Part shown: positions 56,098 through 64,000 of the stretch, one piece after another
Position numbering within the stretch: position 1 is the stretch's first letter
Layout: each line of letters starts with the position of its first letter
Sequence record: KP869100
Source of the DNA: Escherichia typing phage 1
Length of the DNA stretch: 64,000 bases
Reading direction: 5' to 3' (one strand)
Made by a program: the position numbers and the translations under genes
The notes under the pieces: generated by a model
Databases searched by the model: none
The model's input: the letters and a program-made list of their open reading frames with translations, nothing else
What the model was told of the DNA's origin: nothing

Positions 56098-56336
56098 TTG
56101 GACTCCTTAAAATATCTGTTAACCTTTAGCTCTCGTGTTTCAATATATTCCAGATGTTCACGTAGCTCTTGGCGTTTAAGCATTAGGTGCTGCATTTGAG
56201 ATTCAACAGCTTCAACTTCTTTAATTATCGACTCTCTAGCATTTGCAAGAATGCGCTCAAGTTCTTCAATCTTACTGTCAACTTTTGCTACATGACTCAC
56301 AGCTTTGCTTTTATTAAACATTTTATTCTCTCTCAA
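56073..56336 (-). CDS. hypothetical coiled-coil protein
   Basis: 87-aa ORF. Confidence 0.35.
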   Translation of the reverse strand: MRENKMFNKSKAVSHVAKVDSKIEELERILANARESIIKEVEAVESQMQHLMLKRQELREHLEYIETRELKVNRYFKESKCLTQENQ

Positions 56337-56342
56337 TAGTTA

Positions 56343-56840
56343 TCAAGCACAGTTTGCTTTCATTACCTTATGGATTCTTTTTTCAGCATCTTCATAAGTT
56401 TCTTTAGTAATAAACTTAATTGCTGCAATATTGGCATTGTAGAAGAGTCTGAGCTTAGAGTCAATCCTTTTTGTCATTACATCGAATTTATGTTGAAGAT
56501 TTGCTTCACCATAGACTAGGCCACCTTTTGTGTAGTAGGTCTGAATAATGTAAAAGTCAAAAAATTCTTTTCCAAAGCTCTCAATATCTTTTTTAATATA
56601 CTCAGAAGAAGTTTCATAAGTCATCCAATCACTCTCCTTAGTGACTACCTTCTTCCGAGTCTTGCCAGCAACTTTTCTTTTAGTCACACTATTAAGCTGT
56701 TTCTTTCCGATATAATATTGTCCGGTTTTCTTACAGTGTACTAAATAGACAAAACCAAAATGTTTAGTGGGGTCAACTTCCCCACATAAAGACACCCAAT
56801 GACCATAGGTGGGGCAATTGCCAAATCCTTTAATCTTCAT
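56343..56840 (-). CDS. GIY-YIG endonuclease (homing endonuclease-like)
   Basis: FGFVYLVHCKKTGQYYIGKK matches the GIY...YIG motif near the N-terminus. Confidence 0.55.
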   Translation of the reverse strand: MKIKGFGNCPTYGHWVSLCGEVDPTKHFGFVYLVHCKKTGQYYIGKKQLNSVTKRKVAGKTRKKVVTKESDWMTYETSSEYIKKDIESFGKEFFDFYIIQTYYTKGGLVYGEANLQHKFDVMTKRIDSKLRLFYNANIAAIKFITKETYEDAEKRIHKVMKANCA

Positions 56841-57870
56841 TCATACACGGCTCCCAATTATATTTCTTAAAAGAGAAATTATCTTTTGGATTTCTTTCTT
56901 GATAAGCTATCCAGAAATGCTGTTCCATTAGCTCTAACGGTGTCTTTGTAACTGTCTGTCCATCCCATGATACATAGGTGTAAGAGTCTTTTTTAGCATA
57001 GAGTTCATAGATAGCATCAAGACACTCTTTGTAGGTCTCTTTACCATCTAAAGCATTCATCACAGCCACTTTACCAGCACCTTTAAGTCCGAAGTAGTTG
57101 TCTGCATTATCTCCAGCAACAGCCTGATAGCACAAGAATTTAAAACCTACACCAACTGTTTTTGCAGCTTTTGGTTTTGATTTGATAGGACAATCCCAGA
57201 TATCACCAACATTATTATCAGCAATAAAGATTAGTGGTGATTTTTCATAAGTCATATCAATACAATAAGTTCCTTCAGCTTGTCGAAGGTCTTTGTCAAT
57301 ACTCATAAGAGCAGCCTTCTTACCCATCTTTTCAGCTTTAGCAATTACGATTGAATCGGCTTCGAAGCCCCCCTTTAAGAGCTTGAACTCTGGTCTGGAT
57401 AAAAGGTATTCACGACAAGCGACTAAGTGTGTTGGTGTGACAGCATCTTTACGATTACCTTGATATTGGTGCTCAAGACCTTTAATGTCTTTATGTTTAT
57501 GCACACCCTTCTCTGTTAAATAACCTACCCAAGTTCTTTCTTTACCAACAATCTTAAGCCATTCCTGAAGCACCTGTTGAGTAGCCATGATAGCTTCTTT
57601 TTCACTCTTAGCTTCTTTCCAAGTTTGTCTTTCCCATTCATCTTCCTCAAATGTCAGGCCAAGCTCTTCCACAAGGATTCTCTGGTCTGCTAACCATCTT
57701 GCAGCATCTTTCGCATTATCAAATGGTTCAGACTCTTCTGCTGTGAGTTTATTAACGTATTTATACTTTGCTTTCTCAACTACACAAGCACCTTTATAGG
57801 CAATACTGTCAGAGTCAATAAAGACATGTGTAACTGAATCGGGAAGCTTTGTTAATGTGTACTTCTCCAT
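56830..57870 (-). CDS. 5'-3' exonuclease / flap endonuclease-like protein
   Basis: 346 aa; N-terminal acidic cluster VFIDSDSIAYK as in phage FEN/RNase H-type nucleases; located in the replication module. Confidence 0.45.
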   Translation of the reverse strand: MEKYTLTKLPDSVTHVFIDSDSIAYKGACVVEKAKYKYVNKLTAEESEPFDNAKDAARWLADQRILVEELGLTFEEDEWERQTWKEAKSEKEAIMATQQVLQEWLKIVGKERTWVGYLTEKGVHKHKDIKGLEHQYQGNRKDAVTPTHLVACREYLLSRPEFKLLKGGFEADSIVIAKAEKMGKKAALMSIDKDLRQAEGTYCIDMTYEKSPLIFIADNNVGDIWDCPIKSKPKAAKTVGVGFKFLCYQAVAGDNADNYFGLKGAGKVAVMNALDGKETYKECLDAIYELYAKKDSYTYVSWDGQTVTKTPLELMEQHFWIAYQERNPKDNFSFKKYNWEPCMNED

Positions 57871-57932
57871 TATGGCTCTCCATATGAAAAAGCCCCATAC
57901 TAAGTACAGGGCTTTAAAGTAACTTTTAGAGA

Positions 57933-58790
57933 TTAGTCTTCTGTATCGAAGTCTTCATCTTCTTCGTCATCTGGGTCTGGCAAATCTTCGTCATCGCCAT
58001 CATCAGAATCATTCGAAGATTTATGGTCTGTTGCGTCTTCTTCAGTGATTTCACCGTTATCTTCGACACCATCAAGACCAAGCATAGCCAGTTCGTCTTC
58101 ATCCAGTTCAGGTTCACCGTTAGCACCGTTACCACCAGTGTAAGGTACAAGAGTATCAATGATAAACTGTTCCTGAATAGGTTTTGTCAGAACATTGTTC
58201 TCAAAAGTGTAGAAGTGAGTAGAAAGAATCACGCTACCAAAAGAACCGTTACCAACTGCAATATCTGGATGAATTACATCATAGTTCTTATCATCTTCAT
58301 GTTTGTCAGATGCTTGAGCTTTGATTTTCTTCATCGGCTGCTTAACAGCTACACGCTTACCATTTACTTCTTCAATCAGCATTACAGGGAATGACTGTTT
58401 AGCTGTCCATACAGCACCATCTTTATAAGCTGCTGCACGACTTACTTTCAAGATGTAGTAAGTGTCTGCTTCAAATGGTGGTTTGCAACCAAACTTCTCT
58501 TCGAAGTCATCTGCATCAACTGCTTCAGTAGTAACTTTATCCCAACCTTCTGGGTTTTTCTTAGACTTAGTAAACTCTTTAAACAGCTTGTTACCATCTT
58601 CTGCCAGAATTGAAACGCTGTAGTTACAGTCTTTGCCTGGGAATTTCTTATCAATAGACTTACCTTTTCCCGGACGTGGTGAAGTATTCAGGTAATAAAA
58701 CCATACATCTTTCAGCAGGTAACGCAGAGTTTGACGTTCAGTACCGTTGTACTTCTCTACCGGAGCTTTCATTTTAACAACTTTAGACAT
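57933..58790 (-). CDS. single-stranded DNA-binding protein-like (T7 gp2.5-like, acidic C-terminal tail)
   Basis: 285 aa with strongly acidic C-terminus (DDGDDEDLPDPDDEEDEDFDTED). Confidence 0.45.
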   Translation of the reverse strand: MSKVVKMKAPVEKYNGTERQTLRYLLKDVWFYYLNTSPRPGKGKSIDKKFPGKDCNYSVSILAEDGNKLFKEFTKSKKNPEGWDKVTTEAVDADDFEEKFGCKPPFEADTYYILKVSRAAAYKDGAVWTAKQSFPVMLIEEVNGKRVAVKQPMKKIKAQASDKHEDDKNYDVIHPDIAVGNGSFGSVILSTHFYTFENNVLTKPIQEQFIIDTLVPYTGGNGANGEPELDEDELAMLGLDGVEDNGEITEEDATDHKSSNDSDDGDDEDLPDPDDEEDEDFDTED

Positions 58791-59008
58791 TATTTAAACC
58801 TCTATCTCAATTTATGAAGAGTACCAATTCTAGTTTGTTGATACTCTATTGTCAAACACTAATTACTGGAAGTTGTGCTTATCTTTAGAAGCTGCTTTAC
58901 GTGCAGTTTTTCCAGTTCTTACACGTTTTTCTTCATAGTATTTTGCTGGTTTTCCAGCAGTGGCTTTTAAGGAATCCCCAAAAACTTTTTCAAATGCTTT
59001 AGAGTGTT

Positions 59009-59302
59009 TCATGATATTCTCCGATATACTTGATATTCAAACACATTTTCTTTCATTATAAACAGCCAACCAATATTATGCTGAGGTATAGTAATAGTGA
59101 CTGTGATAATACTGTGATGGAACTTTTCTTCTACCTCAACACCTCCATCACATTTCATGTAGAGCATTCTATAGAACCTATCAACCTTTGTCAAACACTC
59201 TTCCTGAAATTTATTTAAACTTTTTTCTTCAAAGAAGGGTGTGAACCCCTCTCTTTTATAACTATCACTCAGTTTCGAATGGGCAGTCATCTGCATCCTC
59301 AC
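59009..59302 (-). CDS. hypothetical protein
   Basis: 97-aa ORF. Confidence 0.35.
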   Translation of the reverse strand: MRMQMTAHSKLSDSYKREGFTPFFEEKSLNKFQEECLTKVDRFYRMLYMKCDGGVEVEEKFHHSIITVTITIPQHNIGWLFIMKENVFEYQVYRRIS

Positions 59303-61256
59303 TTAATACAGGTGGAATCGTTGAGCTTTGACGCTGCTCTTCAGTATAGACTTCACCAGTCTCACGGTCAAACACTTCATCCTCATAATGTGGCAAAGAG
59401 TCATCGTAATGGTCTTCAGCTTCACCAATACCAAACTGTTGGCGAATATTTTCTGCTGCACCATCAATGTCAACTCCGCAACCAGATGCTTTGATGAGGC
59501 GTCCTGTATCTGGATTGTACCAAGTATGACCAGCAATACCCGTTGACTTACCATGACGACGACATTTAGTTAGCTTGATTTTTGTCAAGTTTTTCTTAAC
59601 AGGGTCTGGGTCAACCTTGTTACGCATTAACAGAATGTTGTTCATAGAAATCTGGAAATACGCACCAGAGCCTTTAATATCCTCTTCAGAGATATCCCCA
59701 CCTTCAGAGTTAGCCTTCTGACCACCTGCACTCTTACGAACGTGACAGACGTTCACTTGTGCATACTGGTAGCGTTTGCAACGACGCAATAGCTCAGATA
59801 AAACTTCCTCTTCATCCGTATCTGAACGTGACAGAGCCAACGTAATAGGGTCAAGAATAATAATCTTGCAGTCTAAACTGTTAACCAGATAATCAACAAA
59901 TTCCAGCAAGTTATCTTGGTCAATTGCCCCTTGATGGTCAACGATGTGGATACGACGACCTTTAGACAGTTCTGCGTGTGCCTCCTTCAATTCATCCCAA
60001 TCACGTTCGTCATAAGGAATCTCAGAAATCTGCTTGCTCAGGTGGATTGCACAGAGCATCTCCATCAACTCTTCATAGGTATCTTCAACCGGAATTACAC
60101 CAATATTGTAATCAGTATCTTTCCAAGCTGAATAAATCATCTCACGAGTGTAAGCTGACTTACCTACTGAAGATGGTGCTGCAATAGTTGTAATCTCACC
60201 CAAACCATAACCACCGTAAGTCAGTCTGTTCAAATCCCCGAAAGATTCTGGGAAAGGAATCAATGGAATCTGACCACGATTCTTCATTGCCTCAAAACCA
60301 TCTGCAAAGTTCTTGATACCAGCAGGACAGTAACGAGGTGCGTTGTAGATACGCTGCTTAAATCCTTCCAGAACTGTGTCTTTCTCTTTATAGAACTTTG
60401 TCCACCATTCGTTAAGGTCTTTTACACCCTCTGGATACTGGAATAAACGAACCTTCTCAATAGGTAAGATACCAGCAGCCTCTTTGGTAGCTTTAGCACC
60501 TGCTTCATCGTTATCAAAGCACAAGTAAATTTCATCAAATGATGTGATGTACTGATAGTTATCTTTGATAGACTTGATGTTTGCACCTGACGGAACAGAT
60601 ACATGACAGTAATTCTTACGACGAGACTTGTCTTTAATCGCAAGAGAGGTCATATAGATTGCTGTCGCACATTCCATCTCACCTTCCCAGATGAATAGAC
60701 GGTTACCACCTTCTGGAGCAATCCATGAACCGAACATTGCCAGTTCACCTTTAATGTCTCCAACACCACCAGAAAAGTCTTTTAGCTTACCACGTAGGTG
60801 CTCTTTTGGATGGTCTTCTGGGTAACGGTGACGAACACGGTAGCCAACATGTTCTAGCTTACCATCTTCATTACGTTTGTAAGTTGGATAGAAGTGCGCA
60901 TCAATTTCACCGTCACTGTCAATGTCAACCTTGATACCTAAGCGTTCAAGGACTTTTGCAGGAATCTTCCTATCTTTCAAGTCCATTGCTTCTAGGTTTT
61001 CTTTTACATCGTCTAAATCCATTCCACGGAAAGTACGGTTTTTATTGTCTGAACCAGTAGAATAAGTGCTCACGATTTGTCCTTTATCAAAATCCCACTC
61101 TGGGAAACCTTTGTTACAACTAAAGCAAGTCATTGAATAAGAATCATCGTCATGATGATAGATTGAACCAGCATCTGATGAACCACAACGTGGACATGCG
61201 CAATGACCAACAAACTGACCAGCCTCTTTCAATTTACGACCTTTAGACATTAGCAC
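59265..61256 (-). CDS. DNA primase-helicase (T7 gp4-like)
   Basis: N-terminal zinc ribbon (CACPRCG...CFSCNKG), central primase-like region, C-terminal Walker A (APSSVGKSAYT). Confidence 0.7.
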   Translation of the reverse strand: MLMSKGRKLKEAGQFVGHCACPRCGSSDAGSIYHHDDDSYSMTCFSCNKGFPEWDFDKGQIVSTYSTGSDNKNRTFRGMDLDDVKENLEAMDLKDRKIPAKVLERLGIKVDIDSDGEIDAHFYPTYKRNEDGKLEHVGYRVRHRYPEDHPKEHLRGKLKDFSGGVGDIKGELAMFGSWIAPEGGNRLFIWEGEMECATAIYMTSLAIKDKSRRKNYCHVSVPSGANIKSIKDNYQYITSFDEIYLCFDNDEAGAKATKEAAGILPIEKVRLFQYPEGVKDLNEWWTKFYKEKDTVLEGFKQRIYNAPRYCPAGIKNFADGFEAMKNRGQIPLIPFPESFGDLNRLTYGGYGLGEITTIAAPSSVGKSAYTREMIYSAWKDTDYNIGVIPVEDTYEELMEMLCAIHLSKQISEIPYDERDWDELKEAHAELSKGRRIHIVDHQGAIDQDNLLEFVDYLVNSLDCKIIILDPITLALSRSDTDEEEVLSELLRRCKRYQYAQVNVCHVRKSAGGQKANSEGGDISEEDIKGSGAYFQISMNNILLMRNKVDPDPVKKNLTKIKLTKCRRHGKSTGIAGHTWYNPDTGRLIKASGCGVDIDGAAENIRQQFGIGEAEDHYDDSLPHYEDEVFDRETGEVYTEEQRQSSTIPPVLSEDADDCPFETE

Positions 61257-61443
61257 CTCTTCGTTGTAGTTCTGCCTTCAATCCATTTTCAATCTTGTCC
61301 AGTTCATGAATTTCATCTGCAATCTCTTTCCTTCGTGATTCAACTCTCTTAAGACGTTCAATCATTACCTCATTGGAAAGAGATGAGAGTTCCACTAAAC
61401 GGTGGTCAATAACTTTAAAATTGTCTTTTACTCTCATCTTCAT
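61243..61443 (-). CDS. hypothetical coiled-coil protein
   Basis: 66-aa ORF. Confidence 0.35.
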   Translation of the reverse strand: MKMRVKDNFKVIDHRLVELSSLSNEVMIERLKRVESRRKEIADEIHELDKIENGLKAELQRRGANV

Positions 61444-61451
61444 TATCTCTT

Positions 61452-62195
61452 TTAAACTTTAATGATGGCTCTTAGCTTGTTCTCAAGGTCTGCAAGAGTA
61501 CCATTATTATGAATAATGTCACGCTCATATTTTGTAGAAATCCCATTTTCTGAAACATGTGATGAAACCTTGTCCACATTGTCTCTTTTTACTTCAATAG
61601 TTTGGTGTGCAAATCTACTCAGCCATTCAGCTTCAGAGTCAAATCTTAAATCACTGATTAAGACAAAACCATATTGATTTCTAAGTGAGCACATTTCATG
61701 GAATCTAACCATTCTTTTTTCAAGGTCTTTAGACCAGAACTTGTCGCCCATTACTTTACGGACAACTTCAGTACCCCAAATCTGTTGAATTTGTCTTGAT
61801 GAGAATTTATACTTTTTACTAAATCCCAGACGTGTTAATAGGGTAGGTTTAGCAACCTTCTTAAGCTCCATGATTAATCGTCCGGTTAACTCTGACATAA
61901 GCTTGAAGTCCATATGGTAACGTTCATCTCTGAAGGTGAACTCCATAGCTTCCGTAACTTTAAACATCAGTTCAGGATATGATAAGTCAAATACTTGTGG
62001 AGTCTCTTTAGTTTCACCATACAGGTCATTCCAAGTCAGGTCAAATATCTTTGATGCAGACAGTTTAAGGTTGTCTGCAAAGGCCATTACAGCAACATTG
62101 TAGCCGTACTCATCCTCTAAGATGTTCTTCACAATAGAACATGAGGTGTCTTTTCCAGAACGTGCCTTTCCAGTAAATGCGATAATATTACTCAT
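61452..62195 (-). CDS. deoxynucleoside monophosphate kinase
   Basis: IIAFTGKARSGKDT P-loop at the N-terminus plus GTEVV and ISDLRFDSE segments resembling T4 gene 1 dNMP kinase. Confidence 0.6.
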   Translation of the reverse strand: MSNIIAFTGKARSGKDTSCSIVKNILEDEYGYNVAVMAFADNLKLSASKIFDLTWNDLYGETKETPQVFDLSYPELMFKVTEAMEFTFRDERYHMDFKLMSELTGRLIMELKKVAKPTLLTRLGFSKKYKFSSRQIQQIWGTEVVRKVMGDKFWSKDLEKRMVRFHEMCSLRNQYGFVLISDLRFDSEAEWLSRFAHQTIEVKRDNVDKVSSHVSENGISTKYERDIIHNNGTLADLENKLRAIIKV

Positions 62196-62256
62196 TTTAT
62201 CTCCCTTAATTACTAAAAAGCCCCCAACTAAGGAGGCTTGTAAGATTTATAAAGAC

Positions 62257-63057
62257 TTAGTGCAGTTGCTCAGCAGACTCTTTTTCAGCCATAGCTGAGA
62301 TTTGCTTCACAAAATCATCACCGAAGTTAATGCGTAGTTTCTCTTCAATGATTGAAGCACCGATGTTCACCAAAACATCATTGATTGCTTGCATACTAAC
62401 GCCACCAGTCATCTCTTCAATGAACTCAATACTTACACCCATCATCTGTGAAAGTTGGATTAGTGCAACGATATTCATCATCGTAGAGATAGCTGGAATC
62501 ATCAGTGCAACTTTCACCTGAAGAGGTTCTATATCAGCTACAGAGTCATCTTCAACAGCTTCTTCCAAAGACTCTTTAGTTTGCTGGATAATTTCTTTGA
62601 TTCGTGGGCTTAACTCTTCTACGCCCCAATCAAGTTTTTCATATCGTGAAAGTTTCTCTTCCATGCGCTTCTCAAGAACTGCCATAACAGCACTTGTTGA
62701 TGAGATTAGTGTGTCAATAAGGAAATCAGTATCCTTAGTCAGCAATAGTTCCTTTTCTTCATCTGACATCCTGATATAGTCATTCTTTTGCATTTCATAA
62801 AAAATGAACTCTGCAAGCGCATCAACACCGACTGCAATAGATGCAAGGGCAAGTGTAGTATCTGACAACATCATATTAACCTGCTCTGCAAAAGCACCGT
62901 TATCAGTTTTATCTTCAGGCAAGTTATAGCTTTTTGGCATAAACTGTTCTGTATAGTTATTTCCACGAAGAATCATAGCCATGCTTTCTACATCATTGAT
63001 TAAAAATGCTTCATCAATACCTTTTTCTTTAAGCATTTGGTCTACAGTAGTATTCAT
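62257..63057 (-). CDS. hypothetical acidic protein
   Basis: 266-aa ORF. Confidence 0.45.
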   Translation of the reverse strand: MNTTVDQMLKEKGIDEAFLINDVESMAMILRGNNYTEQFMPKSYNLPEDKTDNGAFAEQVNMMLSDTTLALASIAVGVDALAEFIFYEMQKNDYIRMSDEEKELLLTKDTDFLIDTLISSTSAVMAVLEKRMEEKLSRYEKLDWGVEELSPRIKEIIQQTKESLEEAVEDDSVADIEPLQVKVALMIPAISTMMNIVALIQLSQMMGVSIEFIEEMTGGVSMQAINDVLVNIGASIIEEKLRINFGDDFVKQISAMAEKESAEQLH

Positions 63058-63058
63058 A

Positions 63059-63481
63059 TTATTTCTCTCTCAGTTGGTTAAGTTTCTTTCTAGAGCATTT
63101 TAAGTTTTCAGATGAAGAAAAGTCAAGTGTCTTTTCAGAACGTGGATAGTAATGCCTGTCCCAAGAAGTTTCAACATCGTTAATCAGTGATGCTAGATTA
63201 CACAGGTCTGTACCACTTTGCAACCTCTTTTTAAGAGAATCTAGTAAAGCAACTGTATCTTTAGCTTTACGTCTAGCTATAGCAACGTCTTTCATATGCT
63301 CGAACACAGAGCATTTTAAGTCATCTTCATAGTCTTCTGATAACTCTATTTCATGTTGTATATCAACCATTCTCCTGTGATGGTGAGCATATTCCCGTTG
63401 AGCAGCAATGTCAAGTTCTTCCAACTTCTGCAAAGCTCTAACAAAGTCAGCTATGTCTGGGTGAACAAACATTTTCTGCAT
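63059..63481 (-). CDS. hypothetical protein (first gene of the leftward replication operon)
   Basis: 140-aa ORF. Confidence 0.45.
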   Translation of the reverse strand: MQKMFVHPDIADFVRALQKLEELDIAAQREYAHHHRRMVDIQHEIELSEDYEDDLKCSVFEHMKDVAIARRKAKDTVALLDSLKKRLQSGTDLCNLASLINDVETSWDRHYYPRSEKTLDFSSSENLKCSRKKLNQLREK

Positions 63482-63657
63482 GTAAGCCTCTTTTAAGTAA
63501 CTATTAAGTTTTAATCTTTTATCTTAACGTATTCTATACGTTATACTTTAAAGCTTTTTAAAAGCTATTAAATAATCTTTTAAGAGTTTTAAAGTATCTG
63601 TATAGTTAAACTGTTAAGTAACCTTTTAAGTAAAAACCCACTTCGCAAAGATTAACA

Positions 63658-63679
63658 CCTTGTCAAGTACATTGTCAAC
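63658..63679. promoter_or_regulatory. tandem TTGACA element, second copy of the motif at 17504-17525
   Basis: CCTTGTCAAGTACATTGTCAAC, 21 of 22 nt identical to 17504-17525; lies in a divergent intergenic region. Confidence 0.45.
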
Positions 63680-63738
63680 TTGCTTTTTATAATTTTTTGC
63701 AGTAATGTATGAGGTTAATGATTTTAGAGGGAGTAAAA

Positions 63739-64000
63739 ATGGAAAACGTAGATTTTAAAAACTTACATTTAGTTGGTGATACAGAAACTGATGGTTTACT
63801 CCTTGAGTTCACTAAAGTTCACGTAATGGCTTTCGCAGACTACAAATCTGACGACGAAGAACCACCAGTATGGGTCTTTACTGATGAGCCTATTCTCGGT
63901 CACAAGTACACTAAGTACATCAAGGGTGGATTACGTGAAGGTATTGAGTTTGCGTTGAAGGCAAAACGACTTTGTATCCATAATGGTCTCGGTTATGACT
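63739..64000 (+). CDS. DNA polymerase, family A (T7 gp5-like), N-terminal 3'-5' exonuclease part; continues beyond window end
   Basis: VGDTETDGL Exo I-like motif and LCIHNGLGYD, similar in arrangement to the T7 DNA polymerase N-terminus. Confidence 0.6.
   Translation, partial: MENVDFKNLHLVGDTETDGLLLEFTKVHVMAFADYKSDDEEPPVWVFTDEPILGHKYTKYIKGGLREGIEFALKAKRLCIHNGLGYD

Noticed and set aside
59279-60187. Plus-strand ORFs inside the primase-helicase gene
   Set aside because: Antisense to a 663-aa gene with zinc-ribbon and Walker A motifs; no independent support.
1-64000. Prophage or temperate lifestyle (integrase, repressor, attachment site)
   Set aside because: No integrase-like or CI/Cro-like ORF recognised. 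Gene content (RNRs, tRNA array, T7-like replication, rII-like genes) points to a virulent phage, and tRNAs are clustered rather than flanking an insertion.

Overview
This window reads as one contiguous segment of a large virulent tailed-phage genome (Caudoviricetes); no integrase or repressor is visible. All calls were made by eye from the sequence and ORF track, with no searches run. From left to right: (1) a minus-strand head-morphogenesis operon at 1-9975 (large terminase, portal, S49 protease/scaffold, decoration protein, HK97-like major capsid, neck proteins, start of a tail gene). (2) A minus-strand tRNA array at 10198-15340 with about 26 canonical tRNAs plus several atypical tRNA-like elements, interrupted by three protein genes. 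(3) A vWA-domain protein and a small basic protein at 15506-17374. (4) A plus-strand block at 17624-25513 containing a GH24 endolysin and tandem Ig-like paralogs. (5) A 1.5-kb ORF-free, G-depleted region dense in short direct repeats at 25561-27100. (6) A minus-strand array of about 15 small early genes at 27155-33179, most preceded by one of two conserved intergenic repeat families, driven by sigma70-like promoters. (7) A macro-domain protein, spanin-like pair, lytic transglycosylase, HAD phosphatase and rIIA/rIIB-like pair. (8) A NAMPT-like plus PRPP-synthetase-like gene pair at 42605-45328, which I consider the best candidate for the exciting system: it matches the published phage NAD+ reconstitution pathway NARP1 (Adps + Namat), so it may be recently described rather than new. 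(9) A nucleotide-metabolism block with both class III (NrdD/NrdG) and class I (NrdA/NrdB) ribonucleotide reductases, glutaredoxin, MazG-like protein and HNH/GIY-YIG endonucleases. (10) A T7-like replication module (5'-3' exonuclease, SSB-like protein, primase-helicase, dNMP kinase, start of a family A DNA polymerase). tRNA coordinates are approximate to a few bases and isotypes are inferred from the anticodon loop only.
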